From positions 38,256 to 102,255 of the forward strand of contig JAGBXO010000009.1 in NCBI GenBank assembly GCA_017629245.1: 64,000 nucleotides of DNA, written 5' to 3'. The notes beneath the pieces are model-generated. The model did not search any database. It had not been told where the DNA came from and worked only from the letters and a program-made list of their open reading frames with translations. A program made the translations under genes and the position numbers. The stretch's first letter is position 1, and every line of letters starts with the position of its first letter. This stretch comes from Alphaproteobacteria bacterium (GTDB lineage: Bacteria > Pseudomonadota > Alphaproteobacteria > Rs-D84). Below, piece after piece: positions 44,426 to 52,665 of this stretch.

Positions 44426-44839
44426 ATGAAACGTTTGGTGGTTGGTTTTTTTGGTGTGTTTGTATGTTGGGCATCTTATGCGGTGCCGGCGGTGGTGGAC
44501 TATGTTTTGGATGGAGATACATTTGCGGCGTGTGTAGGTGTTGCCGATGGGGTTGATATAACTGTGCGTGTTCGTTTGATAAATGTTGATACGCCAGAAA
44601 TGGATGGAAAATGTGTGTCTGAATCAAAAATGGCGCGTCGGGCGCGTGGGCGACTGGAAAAATTGTTGCCACGCGGCGCGAAAATCGAACTGGAAAATAT
44701 CAAAGATGATAAATATCTGGGACGGATTGATGCGAATGCGATTTTGCCTGATGGGCGCGATGTTGGGGAAGTTTTGGTTCGTGAAAAGTTAGCCCGTAAG
44801 TATGGTGGTGGTAAAAGAGGTTCGTGGTGTAAAAAATAA
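44426..44839 (+). CDS. Secreted staphylococcal-nuclease (SNase/thermonuclease)-like protein
   Basis: Signal peptide. VLDGDTF...VRVRLINVDTPE... and DKYLGRIDANAIL...VGEVLVREKLA match the SNase fold pattern. The start abuts the tolB stop. Confidence 0.65.
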   Translation: MKRLVVGFFGVFVCWASYAVPAVVDYVLDGDTFAACVGVADGVDITVRVRLINVDTPEMDGKCVSESKMARRARGRLEKLLPRGAKIELENIKDDKYLGRIDANAILPDGRDVGEVLVREKLARKYGGGKRGSWCKK

Positions 44840-45012
44840 AATCTGATGGTGTGTTTTTGATTTGATTATGTGCGCTACAGGGATGGAGGTGTTTGTGTTT
44901 ATACCTTTGTCTTTGATTTTTTTTATACTGTCGGGCGTGGAGTGGTGGTTTTGTAAAAAAATAACTTTTATATATTCCCTTTTTGTGTTAGAATTAGTGT
45001 AATAGAGAGAGT

Positions 45013-47025
45013 ATGAAATTGCTGACGTCTTTTTTATTGTTGGTTTTGTGCGCGATGCCGGGCGTCGCGGGTGCGAATGTTGCAACAACTGCGGGCAGTA
45101 ATTTGACTGCCTGGAATGGGGACAGTGGTGCAACAAATAATAATAATTGGAATCAAATAATGAACAGTCGTACCCAGGCAACGGGTATGGTTGGGCAAAA
45201 GCCTAAGGCGGATTTTGGTAATTGTAATTCTTTGATTTTGCGTTGTGCGCAACCAAAGTGTGCGGGATGTACAACGATGGATATTGCGCGAACAATTGTT
45301 GAGGGGTGCGTTAACAGTAATGACACATGTAAAAAGCATGGCAACGATTTAGTGGATTATATATCTGCACAAATTGTGGCCGATGCAAATGCCAAGGTAC
45401 AGCAACAGCAGTTAGCAGCGCAAAATGCGGCAGCCCAGGCGGCGGCGGCACAAAACAGTGCCCAAATGCAGCAGATGCAACAACAAATGCAGCAGATGCA
45501 GTATGAAATGCAACAGCAAAATGCACAACAGATGCAGCAAATGCAGGCGGCATTAGAAGAACAAAAGGCATTGGCGGCCCAGGCTCAGGCTGAAGCGGTG
45601 GCGGCTGCAACAGCCCAGGCTGAAGCGGCGGCAGCAGCATCGCAGAGTTTGTCAAATGTTAGTGATGCCCAGGCCGAAGCGATTGAGAAGGGTGTTTCTG
45701 CAGATGTTTTGATGCGCAATCAAATTTCAGGTCAGATTTTGACTAAAATTGAAAATGCTGAGGTTGCATTAAAAACATTGAATGCAACAATGCAGGATAT
45801 CTTTACATACGCAGGCTGTGATACGCGTGGAAATAGCTGTTCGGGGCCAAAACGTGTGAAGATTTTTAAACAAAAGGCGATGGGATTTTTTGATCCGTAT
45901 GATGCCATCGTAGACGAGGCGTACGAAGGCCTGGAAATGGCGTTGGCGGTTGGCGCGGATGTATCGGATGTTATTATGATGTTAAGTGGTGCGTGCAACC
46001 AGTGGGGCAAATTTATGTGTACCACAGATGCGTCAGGTGGAAAACACCAAGAAGGTCATTATACCGAGGACACATGTAAAAATGGTCGTTCCGTCAAGGG
46101 TGCGATATATGTAAAGAAAGACGGTGATAAAATTGCGGTTGGTGCGGTCAAAGGTGGAATGGAATGTACACCCGGTATGGTTGTTCCACCCCAAGATGAT
46201 TCGCGTTGTACATTGACTGAATTGATTGGTGGAACGGGAACCGACCGAGACGAAGTTTTACGTGAATGGATTAATGAAGCCGATGATGGAGATAAATTGA
46301 TTCGTGTTGGGTGTGCAACATCGGCGTTGGAATCTATTGCAATATTTGGTCGTCGCAACAGTCGTAATGGCGCAACATTGGATTTAGATACTTTGGAACG
46401 CATTATTGCCCAGGATGCACCAGAATTTTCGATTAATAATCGGTATATGAAGCAGGGAACAGATATCAATGAACGGTTAAAGTATTGCGCAATTAATGAA
46501 AAAAGTTATCCGCGATTGTTGACGGCGGTCAAGACAAAAAAACTGCCTAAGACGATTTGTACCACGACCAAGGCATTGGAACGCGAATATGCAACCAATG
46601 GTTCGATTAGTTATTCTGTTGATTGGGCCGAAGTTGGTTTGTCGGAATATGTGCCAGGGATTGAGGCCAAAGAGCATTGTAAGGCATATGTGACAGATAT
46701 TGAAACGGGGTGCAGTGTTGAATGGGCAGAGACTGAAGAACGTTGTCGTGTTTATGGTGACCGCTGTGGGTTTGATGTGATAGATGGAAAGGTTAAAAAG
46801 AAGGCAGATACTGAGGCGAATAAAAATAATGTTGTTGTTGATAACAGTATCAAGAGTGCATGTGTGGGCAGCGGTGGTAGTTGGGTTGTAAGTACAAATG
46901 AAGCCTATTGTTTGTGTCCGAAAGAAGGTTATGAGAATTATATGGGGAGAGATGGAAAATGCGTGAAGAAGAAAGACGATGTGTTGAGTGGATGGGAGTC
47001 TTTTCAACAGATTATTGCCTTTTAA
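45013..47025 (+). CDS. Secreted cysteine-rich protein with a Q/M/A-rich coiled-coil tract and an EGF-like C-terminal module
   Basis: Signal peptide MKLLTSFLLLVLCAMPGVAGA. C-x6-C-x4-C (CNSLILRCAQPKC). QQMQQQMQQMQ tract. C-terminal CLCPKEGYENYMGRDGKCVKKKD, similar to the end of the 35030 gene product. Confidence 0.65.
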   Translation: MKLLTSFLLLVLCAMPGVAGANVATTAGSNLTAWNGDSGATNNNNWNQIMNSRTQATGMVGQKPKADFGNCNSLILRCAQPKCAGCTTMDIARTIVEGCVNSNDTCKKHGNDLVDYISAQIVADANAKVQQQQLAAQNAAAQAAAAQNSAQMQQMQQQMQQMQYEMQQQNAQQMQQMQAALEEQKALAAQAQAEAVAAATAQAEAAAAASQSLSNVSDAQAEAIEKGVSADVLMRNQISGQILTKIENAEVALKTLNATMQDIFTYAGCDTRGNSCSGPKRVKIFKQKAMGFFDPYDAIVDEAYEGLEMALAVGADVSDVIMMLSGACNQWGKFMCTTDASGGKHQEGHYTEDTCKNGRSVKGAIYVKKDGDKIAVGAVKGGMECTPGMVVPPQDDSRCTLTELIGGTGTDRDEVLREWINEADDGDKLIRVGCATSALESIAIFGRRNSRNGATLDLDTLERIIAQDAPEFSINNRYMKQGTDINERLKYCAINEKSYPRLLTAVKTKKLPKTICTTTKALEREYATNGSISYSVDWAEVGLSEYVPGIEAKEHCKAYVTDIETGCSVEWAETEERCRVYGDRCGFDVIDGKVKKKADTEANKNNVVVDNSIKSACVGSGGSWVVSTNEAYCLCPKEGYENYMGRDGKCVKKKDDVLSGWESFQQIIAF

Positions 47026-47044
47026 ATCCTCAGAGTGATTGATT

Positions 47045-47833
47045 ATGAAAAAGTGGAAAAATATTTTTATTAGTTTTTCGGTTTTGGCATTGCTGGTTAT
47101 GCCGGTGTTTGCCGCGGAAAATGGTTGTGATAACGATGATAATGATATGATTGTGGCGGAATTGGCACTGTGTTCAACGCATGCATATAATATCGGAAAT
47201 ACAAAAAATCCGTCTGGCGCGGACAAAGGGCTGATGCGTGATGTTATTGCGATGAAGACAACGGTTATTACACAACAGATGTATAAGCAATATGAACAAA
47301 TGGAATCTATGTTGCGCAGATTGAAAACGCAACTGGAAAAGGCGATTTTAACCACTTCGTTAGAGGCCAAGGGTGCATCATCTGGGTCAAGTGGCGGTTC
47401 GTCGTCTTCTTCATCAGGGGGCAGTTATAAGTCAAATGATAGAAATGTTCATATGGCAGGTGTTCAGAATTGTTTGAATTTCTATCAGGACGAGCAGATT
47501 TTGAGGTGTTATCAGGATAATTTGAATGCGATTGTTAATGTTTCTGGGAATGGCAGTGAACCTTCAACGGAATTGAAAAAACAGTTGGTTCAGGATTATT
47601 GTTCCTTGGATAAGATGAAAATAGGTAATTCGGCGGAGGGGTCGTGTATTGATAAAGCCGGAAAGACGGAGGGGGGCGAGACATATGGGGGCCTGTGTTT
47701 GGGAAATGTAAAGCCAAACAGGTTGAATAAGCGGGATTTTCAGAAATGGATTGATGGTATGCGTTCGTGTTTACAAAATAAATATCGTGCCTTTAATAAT
47801 CAAGAACGGCAGTATCAGGATAACAGGCGATAA
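47045..47833 (+). CDS. Secreted Cys-containing protein, co-transcribed with the preceding gene
   Basis: Signal peptide MKKWKNIFISFSVLALLVMPVFAA. Ser/Gly tract. 8 Cys. Starts about 20 nt after the upstream stop, and the terminator lies only after this gene. Confidence 0.6.
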   Translation: MKKWKNIFISFSVLALLVMPVFAAENGCDNDDNDMIVAELALCSTHAYNIGNTKNPSGADKGLMRDVIAMKTTVITQQMYKQYEQMESMLRRLKTQLEKAILTTSLEAKGASSGSSGGSSSSSSGGSYKSNDRNVHMAGVQNCLNFYQDEQILRCYQDNLNAIVNVSGNGSEPSTELKKQLVQDYCSLDKMKIGNSAEGSCIDKAGKTEGGETYGGLCLGNVKPNRLNKRDFQKWIDGMRSCLQNKYRAFNNQERQYQDNRR

Positions 47834-47837
47834 AAAA

Positions 47838-47860
47838 TTCCCCCGTTAGGGGGCTTTTTT
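47838..47860 (+). terminator. Rho-independent terminator
   Basis: CCCCC-GTTA-GGGGG followed by CTTTTTT. Confidence 0.7.
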
Positions 47861-47963
47861 ATGGTTAGTTGTTAGTGTAAGTTGTAAGTGGTTAGTATCG
47901 GCAAAACATTTTTGTAAAACAATTACTCAACTAAAATTTTCTTTATCTAAGTAAAAGTGTAAT

Positions 47964-47986
47964 AAAAATCCCGCCGTGGCGGGATT
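47964..47986 (-). terminator. Rho-independent terminator of plsC
   Basis: AATCCCGCC-GT-GGCGGGATT with a T-run on the minus strand. Confidence 0.7.
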
Positions 47987-47991
47987 GTGTA

Positions 47992-48699
47992 TTATGCGCT
48001 GTGGCGATTGATGGCTTCGCTGATTTCGTCCAGTGATGCTTTGCTGGGCAAGATTGGTTCAAATGTTACAGTTGCGGTTCCTGGTGTTACACGACCATGT
48101 TTTGGCCAATATAATCCTGCATCTGTACCAATAGGTAAAATAGGCAGTTTTAGTTGGCGGGCCAGGAATAACAGACCGCCCTTTAATTGGACGTGTTGGC
48201 CGGGTTTTGCACGTGTGCCTTCGGGGAATATTACCAAAATACGACCGTTCAATATCTCTTTTTCGACTTGGTGCGATAATTTTGATAGGTTTGTGCGACC
48301 AGCGGCTCGGTTTACACCGATCATACCCATGCGCCAAAATGCCCATCCGTAAATAGGTATCCATAGTAATTCGCGTTTTAGGATAAAGAATGTGTTGCGT
48401 ACTACCTTGGATATGACGGCGATTTCAAGGATAGACATGTGTTTTGCTGCGATTATAACCTTGCCGTCTAAACGGTGGTTTTCGTTCGGTATCATAGGAA
48501 TGCCGTTTTCTTCGGTTTGTGGGAAAATTACACGATATTTTATACCAGCGAATATGCGTGCAACGATCAATACGCCATATGCACAGCGGAACACCAGCCA
48601 GCCACATAATTTCTTGTTAATCAGGCCGATTAATAATATGGGACTCCATAAAATAAAGTGGGTTGCCAATGCGATTTTAAACAACACGGTTCTGAACAT
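47992..48699 (-). CDS. plsC: 1-acyl-sn-glycerol-3-phosphate acyltransferase
   Basis: AKHMSILE (HX4D/E-like block) and FPEGTR motifs. The start was taken at MFRTVLFK so that it does not overlap the upstream gene. Confidence 0.75.
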   Translation of the reverse strand: MFRTVLFKIALATHFILWSPILLIGLINKKLCGWLVFRCAYGVLIVARIFAGIKYRVIFPQTEENGIPMIPNENHRLDGKVIIAAKHMSILEIAVISKVVRNTFFILKRELLWIPIYGWAFWRMGMIGVNRAAGRTNLSKLSHQVEKEILNGRILVIFPEGTRAKPGQHVQLKGGLLFLARQLKLPILPIGTDAGLYWPKHGRVTPGTATVTFEPILPSKASLDEISEAINRHSA

Positions 48700-48713
48700 T
48701 TTCTTTCCTTTTT

Positions 48714-49229
48714 TTAGCTTTCTTTGATTCCAATCATCGTGACGATGTATTTTATATATTCGGTTGCCCATCTTTCAAGTCTTTTTGTTGGGGGCATGCC
48801 GGTTAAAATTGCAGGACATGCAATTATTTCTGTATCAGGTAATTCGGATTGTATCAGGTATTTTGCACGGTTCATATGGTCTTCGGTTGTGATTATTACC
48901 ACGCGTTTCAAATCGCGAATCTGTGCGATGTCCCGTATTGCCAATGCGTTTTGGTATGTGGATTTTGATTTTGATTCAATTATTGCAGGGCGTGCTATGT
49001 CTATTTTGCCCTGGGCGCCAGCGCCGATGATATATAAATCTGCGTTGGGAAATTCGCGCATTTTGCGCATGGCAAATGGTATGCGACGTTCGTCGCCAGT
49101 CAGAACAAATATGCTGTCATTGGGCAGAATGGTGCCGCACTGAATTGGGGCGGTGGATTTAAATACCATGCCCCCCAATATGAATGCGCTGAATATTAAA
49201 AATGTTGGTGTCAGCAGACGTCTTAACAT
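48714..49229 (-). CDS. DUF218 (YdcF/SanA/ElyC-like) family protein
   Basis: N-terminal anchor. VLTGDERRIP...STYQNAL...VVIITTEDHMNRA pattern. Confidence 0.55.
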   Translation of the reverse strand: MLRRLLTPTFLIFSAFILGGMVFKSTAPIQCGTILPNDSIFVLTGDERRIPFAMRKMREFPNADLYIIGAGAQGKIDIARPAIIESKSKSTYQNALAIRDIAQIRDLKRVVIITTEDHMNRAKYLIQSELPDTEIIACPAILTGMPPTKRLERWATEYIKYIVTMIGIKES

Positions 49230-49232
49230 TTG

Positions 49233-50075
49233 TTAACTGTTTTTTAATATTTTTATTGTTGTATAGCGGGTGACGATAATCGCAAATATTATAATCGCAA
49301 TTGGTAGTAATATTAATGTCATCCAACCGCCACTGGTCAGGCCAATTGTTGCCATCAGGCCAACGCGCGCGCTGTGTGCGGCGGACTGAATCAATAATAT
49401 GATTGGGCATGCGACAATAAAACCAATAAATGTTGCGGTCATTGATATTTTTGCGACGATTATTTGCATTTGGCGTGCGATAAAATTGTCAGATGCGCCA
49501 ATTTGGTTCAGGATTTCTAATTCTCGACGATGCAACATGGCTGTATTGCGCGCAATGTATGAAATGCATATGCCGATTGTTGTCAATATCATCGCTAGTA
49601 TTAATGATGCCATCAATATCATTTGCATCCCGGATGAAGTAGATGATTTTAATGCGTCGGCATGTGGCAGAAAACGTGCAGATTTTGAAATTTGTTTTGC
49701 AAATTCCTGCATTGCGTCGGTGGATTTAAACTGAATTTCCCACATTTGGGGCAGATAGTTTTTCAGTACATTGTTGTTGCCTGACAGCCATGGGGACATT
49801 AAATCCGTCATTTCGGATGTGCTGATTTGTGTAGCAGATTCAATTTTGTCAGAATTGTTTGCGATTATTTTTTTTGCGGCATCTGATTTAGACGGGTCTG
49901 TGACCTGGACTGTGGCGAATAGTTCCCACTGATTATTCCAGCGGATAACGCCTGTGCCGATTGATAGTGCGATTCCCAGTGCTAAAACAGATAAAAATGT
50001 CAACAGTGACATTATTATTGTCATAAACAAAGATTGATCGCGGACAAGTGAAAATACAGTTGGTTTCTTAATCAT
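49233..50075 (-). CDS. ftsX: Cell-division ABC transporter permease-like protein FtsX
   Basis: Four-TM topology with a large first periplasmic loop. Lies directly downstream of ftsE. Confidence 0.7.
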   Translation of the reverse strand: MIKKPTVFSLVRDQSLFMTIIMSLLTFLSVLALGIALSIGTGVIRWNNQWELFATVQVTDPSKSDAAKKIIANNSDKIESATQISTSEMTDLMSPWLSGNNNVLKNYLPQMWEIQFKSTDAMQEFAKQISKSARFLPHADALKSSTSSGMQMILMASLILAMILTTIGICISYIARNTAMLHRRELEILNQIGASDNFIARQMQIIVAKISMTATFIGFIVACPIILLIQSAAHSARVGLMATIGLTSGGWMTLILLPIAIIIFAIIVTRYTTIKILKNS

Positions 50076-50077
50076 AT

Positions 50078-50872
50078 TTATGCGTTCCCAATATCGTCAA
50101 ATTGTTTAGATAATTCTGTGAAATAATTTTGTGGCTTTGGACCGCGCCATACCTTCTTGGGTTCCGAATCGGCCTTGGATTCAGATGTTGCGGATTTGCC
50201 AGTAAAAACGACACGATGGTTATCAACATGGATGACCGGGAATTTGTAAGTTTCCATTAACTTTTTACTGTGTGTGGCCAGAATAATTGTTGTGCCAAAC
50301 ATTTTGTTCATTTGGATAAACAGTTCCATCAGGCGCGATGCGTTTTCGTCGTCCAAATTTCCAGTTGGTTCGTCGGCCAGTAAAATAGCAGGTTGGACAA
50401 TTATGGCACGTGCAACAGATACACGCTGCTGTTGTCCGCCAGATAATGATTTGGGGTTCGCATCGGCATACTTGCCCAGGCCGACCCAATCCAGCACCTT
50501 GGCCACCAATTTTTTTATCTTAACCTCTGGCACACCGCGTACGCGCAGGGGCAGGGCGATGTTATCAAATACGGACATATGGGATAACAGTGAGTATTCT
50601 TGGAATACAATCGCCATTTTCTGGCGCAATTTATTTATTTCGTTGCGCGACATGTCGTTTGTTGTTTTTCCAAATAACTTTATCTGGCCGCGGTGTGGTT
50701 TGTGTAATTGGTATATTAATCTGAGCAATGTAGTTTTTCCCGCGCCAGATGCGCCAGATAAAAAATAAAAACCACCACCGCTGATGTTAAATGAAACATC
50801 GGTTAGTATATCGGGCGTTCCGTCATAACGGGCGGCCACATTTGCAAATGATATTGCTGTCCTGTCTTCCAT
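50078..50872 (-). CDS. ftsE: Cell-division ATP-binding protein FtsE
   Basis: Walker A GASGAGKTT, signature LSGGQQQR, Walker B LLADEPTGNLD. Has a C-terminal extension of about 35 aa. Confidence 0.8.
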   Translation of the reverse strand: MEDRTAISFANVAARYDGTPDILTDVSFNISGGGFYFLSGASGAGKTTLLRLIYQLHKPHRGQIKLFGKTTNDMSRNEINKLRQKMAIVFQEYSLLSHMSVFDNIALPLRVRGVPEVKIKKLVAKVLDWVGLGKYADANPKSLSGGQQQRVSVARAIIVQPAILLADEPTGNLDDENASRLMELFIQMNKMFGTTIILATHSKKLMETYKFPVIHVDNHRVVFTGKSATSESKADSEPKKVWRGPKPQNYFTELSKQFDDIGNA

Positions 50873-50972
50873 GGTTGGAATATAGAAAAAAAAATATATT
50901 CGGTCAAATGTTTTTGTGTTTGGTTGTGTGTGTGTTTTATGATATACTTAGGAAAAAAGGAAAGGGGTAAGT

Positions 50973-51653
50973 ATGAAAAAAATAGTATCTTTTGCAGTGT
51001 TGGCAATGTTATCTGTACCGGCGTTTTCTGCGCCACAGTATTCTTCGGCAAAGCCAGTTAATAGTGTGCCGTCACATTGGTTAAATGGTGCGTGGTATGG
51101 TGTTGTTCGTGGTGAAATGTCACTGCTTAGCTGGAAGAATAAGTATTCGTCTGATGATTTAGCTTTAGATGGTAAGTCTGAAAGATTTTCTTTTGAGCCT
51201 GTGTTCGGTGGCTCGTTGGCCGTTGGGCATGTGGCGGATGCAAATTGGCGTGGCGAGGTTGAAGGTGGTTTAATTGGCCAATTTACAGATAGTGGTTATG
51301 GGGCTGATTTTAAGTTAACGATTCCATATCTGTCTGTTAATATGATGTATGATTTTGCAAACAATGCTTATGTTGGTGGTGGGTTGGGAATCGCAATCCC
51401 AAAGGTTGATTTAAGTTGGTTTACATTTGAAGCGGATAAGCGTACTGTTTCGCCAAAGTTTGATTTGATGGCAGGTTATTCGCATAAATTAACAGAAAGT
51501 GTGAGTTTGGATTTTCGTTATAGGCTGTCATTTTTGTTTGGTCCAGATGTAAAAGCGGAAGATGTTGCGTTTTCCGGTGGATATTGGCTGAAAACAGATG
51601 TGGATATGATTATAAATAATTCATTTTCTGTTGGGGTGAGATACGATTTCTAA
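50973..51653 (+). CDS. Small outer-membrane beta-barrel protein (Omp25/OmpW/opacity-type)
   Basis: Signal peptide MKKIVSFAVLAMLSVPAFSA. Alternating-pattern strands. Terminal ...VGVRYDF. Confidence 0.55.
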   Translation: MKKIVSFAVLAMLSVPAFSAPQYSSAKPVNSVPSHWLNGAWYGVVRGEMSLLSWKNKYSSDDLALDGKSERFSFEPVFGGSLAVGHVADANWRGEVEGGLIGQFTDSGYGADFKLTIPYLSVNMMYDFANNAYVGGGLGIAIPKVDLSWFTFEADKRTVSPKFDLMAGYSHKLTESVSLDFRYRLSFLFGPDVKAEDVAFSGGYWLKTDVDMIINNSFSVGVRYDF

Positions 51654-51681
51654 AAAAATAGAAAAAGTTTAAAAAAGAGGG

Positions 51682-51711
51682 TTGACCCCGATTCGCGGAT
51701 TGTGATAAAAT
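51682..51711 (+). promoter_or_regulatory. Promoter of the fibre-gene array (TTGACC - 18 nt - TGaTAAAAT)
   Basis: Hexamers read directly. The spacer contains GATTCG, as it does in the promoters at 58335 and 60083. Confidence 0.5.
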
Positions 51712-51735
51712 TGAAAAAAGTAGAGAGAATGCGAT

Positions 51736-52641
51736 ATGAGAAATAAACTGAAATTATCAACGCTGTCAATTGTTTGTGTGTTGTGTGCATCTGTGGCGAT
51801 GCCGTCTTTTGGTGCGTCTTCGGTGCGTGCGCTGGGTGGGGCAGGGACGTACACCAGTGCGTCTGGTGCTGCGGCGGCCAAGTCGGATGGCGGTGCAATT
51901 AATTCTGTGCGTGCGGGGGCAATGCGCGTGAATAATGTTGCAGGTGCAAATACGGGGGTGACTCGCTCGGGATCGACGCGTGCAGCGTCAACACCACGTT
52001 TGTCGATTGGTAAATATTTATCAGGTTCAAGTGCGATTAGTGGCGGATCATCGATTTCTGGGGCGAATAAACCAGGTGCGGGTAATTCGGGTAACGATTT
52101 GCGCGAACGTGTAGAGGAGTTAGAGAGTTTTGTTGGTTTTTCTGCGAATGGGGAAAGTGTATCTGAGCAGTTGGATGCGATTAAGTTGGATGTTGATGCG
52201 TTGGCGGCGGATTTGTCACAGATAACAGGCGGTTCAACAACGGTTGAATATGCAGATGGTGTTCTGACTGTTGTGCAAGGCGAAGATGTTATGGTTTATG
52301 ATTTGGCAACTGACTTTGCGGGTATGACAGAAATTGATGCGTTGCAGGCGGCCTTGGATGGGTTTCAGGATAAATATTATACCAAGGAAGAAACGGATGC
52401 TTTGTTGGGTGATTATGCCAAGAAAGATGATGTTGCGCCTATTGTAGAAGAGACAGTTAATTTGGTTGTTGAGGAAACTGTTAACGAGGCTTTGTTAGAT
52501 TATGAAATTCCAGATGATTCTGTTGGTGTTGGTAAGTTGGATTTTGGTTCTGCTGCTGAAACTGTAGGCGAGAATGGCTTCTTGATGTTACAGAAAAATG
52601 CAGAAGGTGAAATGGAATGGGTTGACGTTCTGGTTGACTAA
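51736..52641 (+). CDS. Fibre-family paralogue 1: secreted protein with a basic R/S/A/G-rich N region, acidic coiled-coil and shared C-terminal tip
   Basis: Signal peptide ...VAMPSFGA. The C-terminus IPDDSVGVGKLDFGS...ENGFLMLQKNAEGEMEWVDVLVD aligns with the ends of paralogues 2-7. Confidence 0.6.
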   Translation: MRNKLKLSTLSIVCVLCASVAMPSFGASSVRALGGAGTYTSASGAAAAKSDGGAINSVRAGAMRVNNVAGANTGVTRSGSTRAASTPRLSIGKYLSGSSAISGGSSISGANKPGAGNSGNDLRERVEELESFVGFSANGESVSEQLDAIKLDVDALAADLSQITGGSTTVEYADGVLTVVQGEDVMVYDLATDFAGMTEIDALQAALDGFQDKYYTKEETDALLGDYAKKDDVAPIVEETVNLVVEETVNEALLDYEIPDDSVGVGKLDFGSAAETVGENGFLMLQKNAEGEMEWVDVLVD

Positions 52642-52665
52642 CTTGTTGCTAAAAGGAAGGAAGGA

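Noticed and set aside
46477-47370. 297-aa minus-strand ORF spanning the junction of the two Cys-rich secreted genes.
   Set aside because: It runs antisense across two plus-strand genes that have signal peptides, an RBS and a shared terminator. Its translation is hydrophobic and low-complexity with no start context.
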